A stretch of DNA of 64,000 nt from an uncultured Trueperaceae bacterium (GCA_963815215.1 CAWFFU010000003.1:352001-416000), one strand, 5' to 3'; shown: positions 36,989 through 49,965, numbered from the stretch's first letter. Notes: generated by a model from the sequence alone, not told the origin. A program made the numbers and translations.

Positions 36989-38793
36989 CCGTGACTTCCG
37001 CCCGTGACCGCACCCTCATCCTGGTCGGCATCCTGCTGGCCCTGTTCCTGGGCGCCCTCGACCAGACCATCGTCGCGACCGCGCTGCCCCGCATCGTCGA
37101 GGACCTCAACGGCATCAAGCGCTACGCCTGGGTGGCGACCGCCTACCTGCTGGCCTCGACCGCGCTGGTGCCCATCTACGGCAAACTGGCCGACACCGTG
37201 TCCCGAAAGTCGATCGAGATCTTCTCGGTGTCGACCTTCCTACTCGGGTCGTTCCTGTCCGGCCTCGCCGGTGAGTTCGGGACCTTGCCTCTGCTGGGCG
37301 ACGGCATGAGCCAGCTCATCATCATGCGCGGCCTGCAGGGGATCGGCGGTGCCGGTCTGTTCTCGATGGCGTTCATCATCATCGCCGACCTCTTCCCTCC
37401 CAACGTCCGTGGGCGCTACCAGGGCCTGGTCGGCGCGACGTTCGGCATCGCCAGCGTGATCGGGCCCTGGTTGGGTGGCCTGCTCACCGACTACGCGGGC
37501 GGCATCATCCCAGGCGTCGAGGGCTGGCGTTGGGTGTTCTACGTCAACGTGCCGACGGGAGCCGTGGCGCTGTGGTTCTTGCTGAGCCGCATGCCGCCGC
37601 TCAAGCCGACGGCCGAGCACAAGCCGATGGACCTCCCGGGCGCCGCCCTGTTGGTGCTGGGTCTGGTTCCGATCGTGCTGGCGTTGCAGCTCGACAAGAC
37701 CAGCTATCCCTGGGGTGGCGCGGTCACGCTGGGACTCCTGATCGGTGGCACGGCCATGCTGGTGGGGTTCGTGTGGCGCTCGCTGCTCTCGACCAACCCT
37801 ATCCTGGACCTGTCGTTGTTCCGCAACCGCGTGTTCTCCACTTCCAATCTGGCGCTGTTCTTCCTCGGCGCCGCCTTCCTCTCGCTCATCATCTTCCTGC
37901 CGCTGTTCATGGTGAACGTGGTGGGCGTATCGGCCACCCGCGCAGGGATCAGCCTCATCCCGTTGTCGCTGGGACTGGTGTTCGGGGCGGTCGTCAGTGG
38001 ACAGCTGGTGTCGGCCTTCGGCCGCTACCGACTGCTGATGCTCATCGGTGCCGCCATCCTGTTCGTGGGCATCTACTTGCTCTCGCGCATGGGCCCCGAC
38101 GTGCCCTACTGGCGCGTCACCGTCTACATGGTGATCGCCGGCCTGGGTGTGGGTCCGTCGATGCCGCTTTACACGCTGGCGATCCAGAACGCCGTCGACG
38201 TGCGGCGCGTCGGGCAGGCGACAAGCGCGTCGCAGTTCTTCCGCCAGATCGGCGGGACCGTCGGCGCGGCGGTGATGGGGACGGTGTTGGCGACCAGCCT
38301 CACGGCCTCCTTCAGCGCCATGCAGGCCCCGGCGGGGATGGACGCATCCTCCTTCGGCGCCGGTAGCCAGGTGAGTGCCGAAGGTCTCGATCAGGTCCAA
38401 GCGGGCGTCGCCTCGGCCTTCGATCGGCAGTACCAGTCCATCGCCGCTGCGGTGCGCTCCGGCGACGCAGCGAAGGTCCAGCAGGTCGTGGCCGCGAGCC
38501 CCATGCCGGCGGCGGCCAAGGCGATGGTGACGTTGGGAGCCAAGCAGGCGATGCGCAGTCAGCAGGCCGAGACAGCCTTCCTGACACAACTCCACGACCA
38601 GTTCCAGCAACAGGCGAAGGCGGTGGCAGCCGACATCACCGCCAGCATCAGGAAGGCGTTCGCCACGGCGGTGACGCGCGTCTACCGCAGCCTGGTGGTG
38701 GTCGTGGTGCTCGGATTCCTGGTGACGCTCTTCATCCCGGTGCTGACGCTTCGCAGCAGCAACGACCATGCGGCGGTGCCCACGCTCGACTGA
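36985..38793 (+). CDS. DHA2 (EmrB/QacA, 14-TM) MFS efflux transporter
   Basis: [37 protein letters not shown]; long loop before the last TM. Confidence 0.95.
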   Translation: MTVTSARDRTLILVGILLALFLGALDQTIVATALPRIVEDLNGIKRYAWVATAYLLASTALVPIYGKLADTVSRKSIEIFSVSTFLLGSFLSGLAGEFGTLPLLGDGMSQLIIMRGLQGIGGAGLFSMAFIIIADLFPPNVRGRYQGLVGATFGIASVIGPWLGGLLTDYAGGIIPGVEGWRWVFYVNVPTGAVALWFLLSRMPPLKPTAEHKPMDLPGAALLVLGLVPIVLALQLDKTSYPWGGAVTLGLLIGGTAMLVGFVWRSLLSTNPILDLSLFRNRVFSTSNLALFFLGAAFLSLIIFLPLFMVNVVGVSATRAGISLIPLSLGLVFGAVVSGQLVSAFGRYRLLMLIGAAILFVGIYLLSRMGPDVPYWRVTVYMVIAGLGVGPSMPLYTLAIQNAVDVRRVGQATSASQFFRQIGGTVGAAVMGTVLATSLTASFSAMQAPAGMDASSFGAGSQVSAEGLDQVQAGVASAFDRQYQSIAAAVRSGDAAKVQQVVAASPMPAAAKAMVTLGAKQAMRSQQAETAFLTQLHDQFQQQAKAVAADITASIRKAFATAVTRVYRSLVVVVVLGFLVTLFIPVLTLRSSNDHAAVPTLD

Positions 38794-38878
38794 GCCAAGG
38801 CGCGAACTCCGTGCAGGACAGCGTTGGAGCATGGGCCAAGCGTCGTTGATCGGCGCAGGTGCGTGCTACAGTGGTCTC

Positions 38879-40249
38879 GTGAGGACAGCCTCCCGGCCGG
38901 TCCGGCTCGCGGTCGCCCTGGCAACACTCTTCGCGCTGATGGTGGGCGGGGGCGTGGCCCGGGCGCAGGGCGGCGGCAACAGTGTCTGGCTCGTGCCCAT
39001 AGAGGGCGAAATCACCCCGGCCACGGCGCAGTTCGTCAAGGCCAGGATCGCACGGGCCAACCGCGAGCAGCCGCTCGCGCTGCTCTTCTACCTCGATACG
39101 CCTGGCGGCCGGATCACGGCCATGCAGTCGATCGTCGACGCGGTTCTCAACGATGCCCAGGTTCCCACCCTGGCTGTGGCGCAGAACGCGTTCAGTGCCG
39201 GCGCCTTGATCGCCATGAGCGCCGAGAAGCTCGCGATGCTGCCCGGCTCGTCGATCGGCGCTGCCCTACCCATCATCTCTACGCCGACCGGCGCCAAGCC
39301 CGTGGCCGAGAAGTACAACTCCGCCATGCGGGGCTCGTTCCGCAGCGTTGCCGAGGCCAGGGGGCGCAACGCCCTGGTCGCCGAGGGGATGGTCGACCCA
39401 TCGGTCTCCATCCCGGGCATCGCCACCGACAAGGAGCTCGTCACGCTCACGGCCCAGGAGGCGGTGGCCAACAACATCGCCAACATCCAGGCGAGCAGCG
39501 TGCGTGACGCCCTGCAACAGTGGGGCTACGGTGGCGCGGCCATCACGCGCATGGGGCCGAACCTGAGCGAGCGCCTGGCGGGCGTCCTGACCACGCCCAT
39601 CGCCGCTGCCGCACTGTTGGTGGTCGGTATCGGCGGCCTGCTCATCGAGATCTTCACGCCCGGCTTCGGGGTCTTCGGAGGGTTGGGCCTGGTGGCGCTG
39701 GTGCTGCTGGCCACCGGCGCCTTCGTCGCCACCCCGGCCGGCCCACTGGACATCATCCTGATCGTCGCCGGCGTCTTGCTGCTCGCCGCCGAGGTGCTGG
39801 TGATCCCCGGCTTCGGGGTGGCAGGCGTGCTCGGGATCGCCGCAATAGTGTTCGCTATCGTGCGGATCTTCCAGGGCTCCGCCGCGACCGTGCTGGGCTA
39901 CAGCGCGCTGTTCGGCGGCGTGCTGGTGGCGGCCCTGTTATGGGTCCTGCCGCACAGCAGGATCGCCGCCGCGTTCCGGCTCACGGCCCGCATCACCAAC
40001 CCTCCCTCGCCGTCGACCGTGGGTCCCCTCGGCAGCGCCGACCGCGCCTACCTGGCCGGACGTCAGGGTGTCGCGGTGTCCGACCTGCGGCCGGCGGGGG
40101 TGGCGCGCTTCGGCACGGAGCGCGTCGACGTGGTGAGCGAGGGCGATTACATCCCTGTCGGGAGCAGACTGACCGTGTTGCACGTCGAGGGCATGCGTGT
40201 CACGGTCCGCACCGTCGAACCCGAAACGGGCGACGTGCAGGAAGCATGA
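38879..40249 (+). CDS. nfeD: NfeD-family membrane serine protease (long form)
   Basis: [15 protein letters not shown] (catalytic Ser), EKYNS (Lys), C-terminal OB DLRPAG..VDVVSEG; TACAGT 6 nt before GTG. Confidence 0.92.
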   Translation: MRTASRPVRLAVALATLFALMVGGGVARAQGGGNSVWLVPIEGEITPATAQFVKARIARANREQPLALLFYLDTPGGRITAMQSIVDAVLNDAQVPTLAVAQNAFSAGALIAMSAEKLAMLPGSSIGAALPIISTPTGAKPVAEKYNSAMRGSFRSVAEARGRNALVAEGMVDPSVSIPGIATDKELVTLTAQEAVANNIANIQASSVRDALQQWGYGGAAITRMGPNLSERLAGVLTTPIAAAALLVVGIGGLLIEIFTPGFGVFGGLGLVALVLLATGAFVATPAGPLDIILIVAGVLLLAAEVLVIPGFGVAGVLGIAAIVFAIVRIFQGSAATVLGYSALFGGVLVAALLWVLPHSRIAAAFRLTARITNPPSPSTVGPLGSADRAYLAGRQGVAVSDLRPAGVARFGTERVDVVSEGDYIPVGSRLTVLHVEGMRVTVRTVEPETGDVQEA

Positions 40250-40301
40250 CCCGGGACGGCGACGTGGCCGATCCCGTTCGTTCCCCCACCTTGGAGGTGT
40301 C

Positions 40302-41282
40302 ATGAGCTACACCCTGCTGATCATCGCGGGCGCCATCGTCCTCTTCTTCCTGGTCCTGTTCTCGGTCGTTCCGATCGGGCTGTGGATATCGGCGATCGCG
40401 GCCGGTGTCCAGGTCGGACTCCCGAGCCTGGTGGCCATGAAGCTGCGAAGGGTGCCACCCAACCGGATCATCCTGCCGCTCATCAAGGCGGACAAGGCGG
40501 GCATCGAGGTGGAGCAGAACCAACTCGAGGCGCACTTCCTGGCGGGCGGCAACGTGGACCGGGTCGTCGACGCCCTCATCGCCGCCGACAAAGCCCGCAT
40601 CCATCTGCCGTTCGACCGGGCGGCTGCCATCGACCTGGCCGGCCGTGACGTGTTGGACGCCGTCAAAGTGTCGGTCAATCCACGCGTGATCCAGACCCCC
40701 AACGTCAGCGCCGTCGCCAAGGACGGCATCGAGCTCATCGCCACGGCGCGCATCACGGTTCGGGCGAACCTCGAGCGCCTGGTCGGCGGCGCTGGCGAGG
40801 AGACCATCATCGCTCGCGTCGGCGAGGGCATCGTCTCCTCCATCGGCTCGACCAAGAGCTTCAAGGACACCCTGGAGAACCCCGACACTATCTCGAAAGC
40901 GGTGCTGGCCAAGGGCCTCGACTCCGGGACTGCGTTCGAGATCCTATCGATCGACATCGCCGACGTGAACGTAGGGCGCAACATCGGCGCCCAGCTCCAG
41001 ACCGACCAGGCGGAGGCCGACAAGCGGGTCGCGCAGGCCAAGGCCGAGGAGCGGCGCGCCATGGCCGTGGCGGCCGAGCAAGAGAACCGCGCGCAGGTGT
41101 CCGCCATGCGTGCCAAAGTCGTCGAGGCCGAGGCCGAGGTGCCCCGGGCCATCGCCGAAGCCTTCCAGAAGGGCAACCTGGGCGTGATGGACTACTACAA
41201 CCTCCAGAACATCCAGTCCGACACGAGCATGCGTGGGAACATCGGGCGCGCTGCCGGCATGGAGGGCGACGAGGAGCCGTGA
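40302..41282 (+). CDS. floA: Flotillin-like protein FloA (YqfA)
   Basis: [51 protein letters not shown]. Confidence 0.96.
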   Translation: MSYTLLIIAGAIVLFFLVLFSVVPIGLWISAIAAGVQVGLPSLVAMKLRRVPPNRIILPLIKADKAGIEVEQNQLEAHFLAGGNVDRVVDALIAADKARIHLPFDRAAAIDLAGRDVLDAVKVSVNPRVIQTPNVSAVAKDGIELIATARITVRANLERLVGGAGEETIIARVGEGIVSSIGSTKSFKDTLENPDTISKAVLAKGLDSGTAFEILSIDIADVNVGRNIGAQLQTDQAEADKRVAQAKAEERRAMAVAAEQENRAQVSAMRAKVVEAEAEVPRAIAEAFQKGNLGVMDYYNLQNIQSDTSMRGNIGRAAGMEGDEEP

Positions 41283-42051
41283 GCTTCGACACCCTACTGA
41301 CCTTGGTGTTCGTGGTGGTGTTCATCGTGCTGCCGCTGGTGTCGCGGGTGCTGCGCGAGCGCAACCGACCACCGACGGCGCAACGCGGAGGCACGCCCCC
41401 TCGTGCGCCGGAGGGCACCGTGCTCGACGGGACGCCGCCTGCCGCGGACGGCGAGCTTCCGGCGTGGCTTGCCGAGGCGCAGCGCCGGGTGCGCGAGGCG
41501 CGCGAACGCGCGACGGCCGAGGCCTCCACGCAGAGCGGACGCTCCCGGTCGCTGGTGCCGGACGATCCCTTCGAGACGGTGGCGCCCGCCGACCGGCCGC
41601 ACCCCCTGGTGCCTGAAGACGCCAACCGCGGCAAGCCGCAAGTGCGTCCCGTGGGGCGCTCGCTGGTACCGCAGGACCCGTTCGAGGACGATCTCGCCGG
41701 GGCCGGCGGCGCGCAACGCGGCGCCGCCGGGCTGGGACGCGAGGGCGTTCCGCCGATGATGCCGTCCGCTGGGACGCGCCCCGAGTCGGCCGTGGCGGCG
41801 GAGCGGCGCGCCAGAGCCGAAGCGAGCGATCGGCCGCCCTCCAAGCAGGAGCGTCAGCGGCGGCCCGGACCGCGCGTCGAGCCGACGTCGGCCGGGGCGC
41901 CCGCCTACCGGCGACGACGCGGCTGGCACGACGGCGCTAGACTGGGGGGTGTGGGGCAGCTTCGCTTCGATCGCGAGGCCATCGTGAGCGGCCTGATCTG
42001 GCACGAGATCCTGGACGAGCCGGCGTGGAAGCGCCGTCGCGGGAGGGTACC

Positions 42052-42073
<22 letters not shown>
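41279..42073 (+). CDS. YqfB-like membrane-anchored protein
   Basis: N-terminal TM, disordered middle, C-terminal [11 protein letters not shown] motif; position directly after floA. Confidence 0.75.
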
Positions 42074-42973
<900 letters not shown>

Positions 42974-42990
<17 letters not shown>

Positions 42991-44938
42991 CCGCCCCCGC
43001 CGACGCGACCCTCGCCTGTGGCTGCTCTTCGCGGTCTCGGTGGTGGCCCTCACGGCACTGCTGTTCAGCGTCTACGGCAACCGCCGCGCCTCGGCGTTGC
43101 GCGCTGGCGAGGTGAGCCCGCAGACGTTCGTGGCGCCCGTGGACACTCAGGTCATCGACCGCATCGCCACCGAACGCGAACGGCAGGCGGCACGGGCGCA
43201 GATCGGCACCGTGTACACGAGCGATCCCGAGCTCCAGAACCTCGTCACCAGCGCCGTCACGTCGTCGAGCCTGCCGCCCGACGTGGTCGACTACGTCGTC
43301 AACGCCTACGGTGATCCCAACGGCGTGAAGGACACGCAGATCCCCGCGCTGATTGACCAGGCGGTGCAGAAAGCACCTGCCGACCGCCAGCGCGAGGTGC
43401 GACTGCTCTTGCAGCGCTACCTCGTGGCCACGTCGGTGCCCGACTCCAAGCTCACCGAGGCGGCCCGCGACGCGGCGGCAGCGGCCGTCCAGCCGGTCAT
43501 GCAGTCGCTCCGTGCCGGCCAGGTGATCGTGCGCGAGGGGCAGACGCTGACCGAGGACAATCTGCGGGTGCTGGAAGCGTTGGGCCTGTACAGCGCCCGT
43601 ACGGCGCAGCTCAAAGGCACCTTCTGGATCCTGTTGGGTTCGCTGTTGCTGGCGTTGCTGCTGAGCGCTCCCGTGCTCTACGCCCGGCGCAGCCTGGCCC
43701 CCGGCCTGTCGGTGTCGCAGCTCACCTTCCTGGTGGTGCTCACGCTGGCGGTGGTGGCGGTCCAGCGGCTGGCGTTGCTGGCGTCGGGCAACTTCCTGTT
43801 CGGCCTGCTGGTCCCCCTGGTGGTGGCGGTGCTGATCTCCGAGGCCGCCGGGCTGATGTGGGCCGTGTGGATGGCGCTGGCCGTGGGACTGCTGGCACCG
43901 CTGGCGCCGATGTTCGCGCTGGGCACCACGTTGATCGGTTCGGTGGTGGCCTGCGTGCTGGTGCTCACGGTGCGCAGCCGCGTGGCGCTGCTGCTGGCGG
44001 GTGCCTTGGGCGGCCTCGCCAGTGGTGCCACACTGGTCGTGCTGGTGTTGCTCGGGGGCGGCATGACCGCGGGCGGCGCGGCGCTGGGAGCGCTGTTCTT
44101 GCTGGGCGCCGGGGTGCTCGCCGGGATCACCGCCCTGGGGCTGCTGCCACTGGCCGAGAGCGGATTCGGGTTCTTGACAGACTACCGGTTGCTCGAGCTC
44201 TCCAGCCCTACCAGCCCGCTGCTTCAGCGCCTGCTCATCGAGGCGCCAGGCACCTACCAGCACAGCCTGATCATCAGTAACCTGGTCGAGCAGGCGGTGC
44301 AGCACATCGGCGGCAATGCCCTGCTGGCACGGGTGGGCGCGCTGTACCACGACGTCGGGAAGATGCGCCGACCCCACTTCTTCGTCGAGAACCAGTTCAG
44401 CGGCGAGAACCCGCACGATCACGTGAGTCCTCACCTGAGTTATCTCATCATCACGAGCCATGTTCGCGACGGGCTGGAGTTGCTGCGCGAGTTCAAGTTG
44501 CCCCGCGAGCTGGCGCCCTACGTCGCGGAGCATCACGGCACCACCGTGCTGAGCTACTTCTACAAGCGTGCGCTCGAGGACGCATCGAACATCGACGAGC
44601 TGAACTTCCGCTATCCCGGACCGAAGCCGCACACCAAGGAGACGGCCGTCCTGATGCTGGCGGACACCGTCGAGTCGGCGTCGCGCACGCTGACCGAGCC
44701 GACCCAGTCGAGCATCCGCGCCATGATCGATCGGCTGTTCGACCAGCGGCTGCAGGACGAGCAGCTCTCGGAGAGTCTCCTGAACTTCCACGATATGGAG
44801 ATCATCGCCAACACCTTCGAGCGCATGCTCACAGCGATCCTCCACCGTCGTATCAGCTATCCTTCCCCGGAGGAGGTCAGATCGCTTCGCCGTGGCAGTG
44901 GAGATCCTCGACGAGACGCAGCGCTACCGACCGCTTGA
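42974..44938 (+). CDS. 7TM HD-domain phosphohydrolase (PgpH-like, probable c-di-AMP phosphodiesterase)
   Basis: Extracellular domain, multiple TMs, [35 protein letters not shown]. Confidence 0.92.
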
Positions 44939-45350
44939 ACGCCTGGAGCGCGCCCTGAGCGCGCTGATGGCGGAGCTCGGATCGGAGGGACAGGACCTGA
45001 CCGTGGTCCTGATCGGTGACGTGGCCATGCACGAGCGCAACGCGCGCGATCGCGGTGTCGATGCGCCCACGGACGTGCTGTCCTACCCGACCGCCGAGCC
45101 GGACGACGTGGGGTTCCCCTCGATCGGCCATCTCGGCGATATCTTCATCAGCCTCGACACGGCCGCGCGCCAGGCGCACGAGCGTGGCATCGCGCTGGAA
45201 CGCGAGGTGATGGTGCTGGCCGCGCACGGTCTCACCCACCTTCGCGGCCTCGATCACACCAGCGAGGCCGCGTGGGAGCCGTTCCGAGCCGCCGAGCGCC
45301 GCATCCTGACGTTGGCCGGCGCCGAACCGGTGCCCGAGGACGGCCCGTGA
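44892..45350 (+). CDS. ybeY: rRNA maturation RNase YbeY
   Basis: PTDVLSY, LGDIFIS, HGLTHLRGLDH. Confidence 0.96.
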   Translation: MAVEILDETQRYRPLERLERALSALMAELGSEGQDLTVVLIGDVAMHERNARDRGVDAPTDVLSYPTAEPDDVGFPSIGHLGDIFISLDTAARQAHERGIALEREVMVLAAHGLTHLRGLDHTSEAAWEPFRAAERRILTLAGAEPVPEDGP

Positions 45351-45718
45351 GGCGCGCGAGCTCCAGCCTTCCGATCGCTTTCTGGCACGCCGGACGCGGC
45401 GTATGGTTCGCGCTCCGGCGCGAGGCGAACTTACGCGTCGAGCTGATCCTCGGGCTGTCGGCGTTGGCGTTGGCGTGGTGGCTGGGGGCGCCCTTGGTAC
45501 CCGTGCTGCTGGCCGCCGGCCTGGTGCTCTCGGCGGAGCTCTTCAACAGCGCCCTGGAGAGCGTGGTCGACCTCGCCTCGCCCGACTTCGCCGAGCTGGC
45601 GCGGGCGGCCAAGGACATGGCGGCCGGCGGGGTGTTGATCGCGGCGACCTGCGCGCTGCTGGTGGGACTGGCGGTGCTGGGACCGCCACTGCTGGTCCGG
45701 TTGGGGATGCTGCATTGA
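45347..45718 (+). CDS. dgkA: Diacylglycerol/undecaprenol kinase
   Basis: EANLR, ELFNSALESVVDL, AKDMAAGGVL; GTGA overlap. Confidence 0.93.
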   Translation: MRRASSSLPIAFWHAGRGVWFALRREANLRVELILGLSALALAWWLGAPLVPVLLAAGLVLSAELFNSALESVVDLASPDFAELARAAKDMAAGGVLIAATCALLVGLAVLGPPLLVRLGMLH

Positions 45719-46122
45719 GCACCCCGCCGGAGGATCTGCTGGCTGCGGCCCGACAGGCGCACGCCAACGCGTACGCCCCCTACTCGGGCTTCCACGTCGG
45801 TGCGGCGCTGCGCTCCGATGACGGTGTGATCGTCGCCGGGTCCAACGTGGAGAACGCCAGTCTGGGCCTGTCGCGCTGCGCCGAGCAGTCCGCGGTCCAG
45901 GCGCTGGCGACCCGCGGCGGCCGCCACTTCCGGGAGCTGGTGGTGTACACCGAGGCCGAGCCGCCCGCCAGCCCCTGCGGGGCGTGCCGCCAGGTGCTGT
46001 TCGAGTTCGCGCCGGACGCGACGGTGTATCTGGTGAATGGCGCCGGCGCCGTAGTGGTGACTACGGTGGACGATCTCCTGCCCCTCGGGTTCCGCTTGAG
46101 AGCCGGTGACGGCGCCGCTTAG
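45715..46122 (+). CDS. cdd: Cytidine deaminase (tetrameric type)
   Basis: AYAPYSGFHVGAA, NVENAS, CAE, PCGACRQ; TTGA overlap. Confidence 0.97.
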   Translation: MSTPPEDLLAAARQAHANAYAPYSGFHVGAALRSDDGVIVAGSNVENASLGLSRCAEQSAVQALATRGGRHFRELVVYTEAEPPASPCGACRQVLFEFAPDATVYLVNGAGAVVVTTVDDLLPLGFRLRAGDGAA

Positions 46123-46156
46123 GCTTCTCACCCCCTCGGTGGTATCCTCCCCCCTG

Positions 46157-48292
46157 ATGATCAGGTCCCTACGCTTCCTCCTGCCGCTCGTCGTGGTGTT
46201 CGCGGCTGCGGCCTACGCGCAGTCGGCGCCCACTCGCGTGGTGGTGATGCCCTTCGCCGCCGACACCGCCGCGTCCACCTACCAGCTGGGGTTGCCGACC
46301 GCGCTCCAGCGTTCGCTCAACGAGATCCCCAACATCTACGTTCCGGCCGTCGGCGACGTCGCACTGGTGATGCAGAAGGCGCGGCAGGCGAGCAAGGACC
46401 CGTTGGCGACGGTGCGCTCGCTGTTCGGCGCCGACGCCATCGTGCAAGGCACGGTGAGCGGAAGCGGTGCCACCGTGACGGTCACCATGACGCTGGACCA
46501 GGGTGGCAAGCAGCAGACCGTCACCGCCCAGACCACCGACGGACGCCCGGTCACGCTGGCGCGAGCGGCCGCCAAGGCGCTGGCGCAGGCCCTGCGCCCC
46601 GATCTCGGTGCCACCGTGCTCGGCCGGATCGATGCGGCGGCGGCGCAGACTCCGTCGCTCCCAAGCCTTGCCCCGGTGGCGTTGGCGGCCTCGCGCCTTC
46701 CCGGCACCAAGCCCGACGACCTCAAGACGGCCATGCAGCTCGACCCCGACTCGGCTTGGGTCAAGGTCGAGTACGCCCGTCTGCTGGCCCTCGGAGGGGA
46801 CGCCAAGGGTGGCGTTCCGATCGCCCAGCAGGCGGTGGCGGCGCAGCCCGACGACGTCGAAGCCCAGGTCGTGCTGGGAGTGGTCCTGCAGGCCGACAAC
46901 CAGAACCAGCAGGCGGCGGCGGCATTCCAGAAGGCGCTCGCCCTCAACCCCGCCAATGCCGTGGCCTTGACCGGTCTGGCACGGATGGAGAGCGACAAGA
47001 CCAAGGCCACCCAGGACCTGCAGGCGGCCATCCAAGCCTACCCCCGCATGGTCGATGCCTACCTACAGCTCGCCAGCCTGCAGAGCAGCCCTCAGCGCTC
47101 GCTGCAGACGCTTCGCAACGCCGAGACCTCGCTGCCGGAGTCGCTGGCGCTCCAGCGCGCGGTGGTCCAGCAGGTGCTGGCGATGGGCGACGACAAGGGC
47201 GCGCTCGCCTACCTGCAGCAGGCCGTGCAGGACCCGATGGCGTCCTCCGCGGGGCTGTACGCCCTGGCGAGGCTGCTGCCCGCCGACGTCACGCCTGGCG
47301 CGCTGAGCCTGGTGCGTGATGGAGAGAAGGTCTACCCGAACGCCGTGCTGCTCAAGGCGGCCGAGGGCGAGCTGCTGGTCCGGCAAGGCGACTACGCCGG
47401 TGCCGAAGGGGTCCTAGCGCCGCTCCATAGCGCCAACCCCAAGGACGGCGGCATCGCCAACCTGCTGAGTGTGGCGCAGGCGCGTCAGGGCAAGATGGAT
47501 GCGGCGCGACAGACCTTCGAGAGCGTGAACGGCACGGGCCCCAGCGCCGAGGGCGATCTGGCCGCGATCTACCTCGCCGCGGGCCGGGCGGAAGCGGCCC
47601 TGAAGGTCCTCGACCCCCTCGTCAACGGTAGCGGCGCCAAGCCGACGGCGCAGATCCTGGCGTACTACGGCCTGGCCCTCGGCCGCATCGGCAAGCTCGA
47701 CCAAGCCCAGGCCGAGCTCGAGAAGGCGCTCAAGGCGCAACCGAAGCTGGCGATCGCCGAGCGCGGACTGAGCTTCCTGAAGCAGCAGCGACAGCTCACC
47801 GGTGGTGCACAGGTCGCGTTCAGCGCGGAGGCGGGTGCAGCGTTCCAGCAGGGCATCTACGCTCTCGAGGTGCAGGACTACCCGACGGCCGTGCAGGCCT
47901 TCCAGCGGGCACGCAAGCTCGATGACAACGGCCTTGCTGCCTTCTTCGAAGGGTACGCCCAGCAGCTCACCGGCAACCCGCGCTCCGCGGTCGATAGCTA
48001 CCAGGTGGCGCTGAAGGCCTTCCCGGAGAGCGACATCGTGCTCAACGACCTCGGGTACGCTCACCTGCAGCTCGGCCGCTTCGACCTCGCACTCGAGCAG
48101 CTCGGCAAGGCATTGAAGGCCAATCCCGACAACGCCCAGGCGCACCTGAACATGGGACTCACGTACTACGGGCTGGGCCGCTACAAGGACGCCATCGGCG
48201 AGTTCGACCAGGCGGTCAAGCTCGATCCCAACCTCAAGTCGACCGTGGCCCAGGTGCGTCAGCAGGCGCAGCAGAAGGCCGGGGCGCAGTAA
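46157..48292 (+). CDS. Exported tetratricopeptide-repeat protein
   Basis: Signal peptide, TolB_N-like VVVMPF start, many TPRs; TATCCT 8 nt before ATG. Confidence 0.9.
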   Translation: MIRSLRFLLPLVVVFAAAAYAQSAPTRVVVMPFAADTAASTYQLGLPTALQRSLNEIPNIYVPAVGDVALVMQKARQASKDPLATVRSLFGADAIVQGTVSGSGATVTVTMTLDQGGKQQTVTAQTTDGRPVTLARAAAKALAQALRPDLGATVLGRIDAAAAQTPSLPSLAPVALAASRLPGTKPDDLKTAMQLDPDSAWVKVEYARLLALGGDAKGGVPIAQQAVAAQPDDVEAQVVLGVVLQADNQNQQAAAAFQKALALNPANAVALTGLARMESDKTKATQDLQAAIQAYPRMVDAYLQLASLQSSPQRSLQTLRNAETSLPESLALQRAVVQQVLAMGDDKGALAYLQQAVQDPMASSAGLYALARLLPADVTPGALSLVRDGEKVYPNAVLLKAAEGELLVRQGDYAGAEGVLAPLHSANPKDGGIANLLSVAQARQGKMDAARQTFESVNGTGPSAEGDLAAIYLAAGRAEAALKVLDPLVNGSGAKPTAQILAYYGLALGRIGKLDQAQAELEKALKAQPKLAIAERGLSFLKQQRQLTGGAQVAFSAEAGAAFQQGIYALEVQDYPTAVQAFQRARKLDDNGLAAFFEGYAQQLTGNPRSAVDSYQVALKAFPESDIVLNDLGYAHLQLGRFDLALEQLGKALKANPDNAQAHLNMGLTYYGLGRYKDAIGEFDQAVKLDPNLKSTVAQVRQQAQQKAGAQ

Positions 48293-48320
48293 CCTCGCCC
48301 TCTTGCGCTAGCATGACGCC

Positions 48321-49391
48321 ATGAGCATTAGGGCCAGCGTGCGCGCCCTGGCGCGTTACCACTTCACGCCGAGGACCTCATCGGTGAAGCTGGACCAGAA
48401 CGAGGGTCCCTCCGATCTTCCGGAGATGGTGCGCGAGTTGGCGCTCGAGCGGCTGCGAAGCGCGGCCTGGCACCGCTACCCGGAACTGCATCCGAGGGCG
48501 CTGGAGGAAGCCATCGGCGCCCGCCACGACTGGGATCCCGACGGCGTGGTCGTCAGCAACGGCTCCAACGTGCTCCTCCAGGCGCTGGTCATCGTTGCCG
48601 GCATCGGGCAGAGCGTGCTCACGGTGACGCCGACGTTCGCGGTCTACGGTATGCAGGCCCGCCTGCTGGCGGCGGAGCTGATCGAGGTGCCGCTCGAGGG
48701 CGCCGGCTTCGCCCTCCCCGTCGACGGCCTGCGGGGTGCCATGGCCGGGCGCCGCGGGATCGCCTTCCTTCCGAATCCTGCGGCGCCGACCGGCAACGTG
48801 CACCCGCTACAGGAGCTGACGGCGGTGCTCGAGGCCGGAGGCGACGACTGGCTGGTCGTGCTCGACGAGGCGTACGGTGAGTTCGCTGGCACCGACCATC
48901 GCGACCTGGTCGCCGCTCACCCGCACGCGATCTCGCTCCGCACCTTCAGCAAGGCCTTCGGCCTGGCGGGCGTGAGGATCGGATACGCCCTGATGAGCCC
49001 GGATCTGGCGGCGGACGTGCGCAAGGGCCTGCTGCCGTTCTCGCTCTCCTCGCTCCAGGCCGCGGTGGCCATGGCGGCGCTGCAGCACCCGGAGTACGTC
49101 GAGGAACGCGTCAGGCAGGCTAGAGGCGAGCGCGAGCGGCTGCTCGCCGGGCTGGCGTCGCTTCCGGAGGTGGAACCGATGCCGTCGAGAACGAACTTCG
49201 TGCTGTTCCGCGTACCCGACGCGGAGGCCGTGTACCGGGGGCTCCTGGAGCATGACATCGCGGTCCGGCGCCAGGACCATCTGGCGGGGCTCGAGGGTTG
49301 CCTGCGCGTGACGGCGGGCGCGCCAGCCGAGACCGACGCCTTCCTCGAGACACTGCAGGTCGTGCTGCGGGCGGAGGTCGTCGGTGGCTAG
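48321..49391 (+). CDS. hisC: Histidinol-phosphate aminotransferase
   Basis: KLDQNE, RYP, DEAY, RTFSKAFGLAGVRIG; TAGCAT 6 nt before ATG. Confidence 0.96.
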   Translation: MSIRASVRALARYHFTPRTSSVKLDQNEGPSDLPEMVRELALERLRSAAWHRYPELHPRALEEAIGARHDWDPDGVVVSNGSNVLLQALVIVAGIGQSVLTVTPTFAVYGMQARLLAAELIEVPLEGAGFALPVDGLRGAMAGRRGIAFLPNPAAPTGNVHPLQELTAVLEAGGDDWLVVLDEAYGEFAGTDHRDLVAAHPHAISLRTFSKAFGLAGVRIGYALMSPDLAADVRKGLLPFSLSSLQAAVAMAALQHPEYVEERVRQARGERERLLAGLASLPEVEPMPSRTNFVLFRVPDAEAVYRGLLEHDIAVRRQDHLAGLEGCLRVTAGAPAETDAFLETLQVVLRAEVVGG

Positions 49392-49965
49392 GCGTGCGGA
49401 CGTCGAGCGCGTGACCGGCGAGACCACGGTGCGCGTGGCAGTCGACCTCGACGGCGGCGCCGCGGGACGGGCCGACACCGGTCACGGGTTCTTCGATCAC
49501 ATGCTGGATCAGCTCATCCGGCACGGCCGGCTGACCCTCGAGGTGTCCGCCCAGGGCGATCTGCACGTCGACGTGCATCACCTGGTGGAGGACTGCGGCA
49601 TCACCCTGGGGCAGGCGGTGGCGCAGGCCCTGGCCGACCGCGCGGGCATCGAGCGCTACGCCGATGCCTTCGTGCCCATGGACGAGACGCTGGCGCAAGT
49701 GGTGCTCGACCTATCGGGTCGGCCCACGCTGATCTTCGAGCCCGCCGGTTTCGTTGGCGATGCAGGCGGTTTCAATGCCTACCACCTACGGGAGTTCCTG
49801 CGCGGTTTCGTCAACCACGCCGGTGCCACCGTGCACGTGCGCGTTCTCGCCGGCGAGGAGACCCACCACGTGGTGGAGGCCGTGATGAAGGCCTTCGCCC
49901 GGGCGCTCTTCGCGGCCACCCGCGTGACGCACGACGGCGTGCCGTCGACGAAGGGGACGCTCTGA
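49384..49965 (+). CDS. hisB: Imidazoleglycerol-phosphate dehydratase
   Basis: FFDHML, DVHHLVED, PMDE, HHVVEAVMKA. Confidence 0.98.
   Translation: MARRADVERVTGETTVRVAVDLDGGAAGRADTGHGFFDHMLDQLIRHGRLTLEVSAQGDLHVDVHHLVEDCGITLGQAVAQALADRAGIERYADAFVPMDETLAQVVLDLSGRPTLIFEPAGFVGDAGGFNAYHLREFLRGFVNHAGATVHVRVLAGEETHHVVEAVMKAFARALFAATRVTHDGVPSTKGTL

Noticed and set aside
46121..46131. AGGCTTCTCAC shared between the TPR-gene and pilT upstream regions
   Set aside because: Single copy, opposite orientation relative to its promoter, and no 11-bp phased partner
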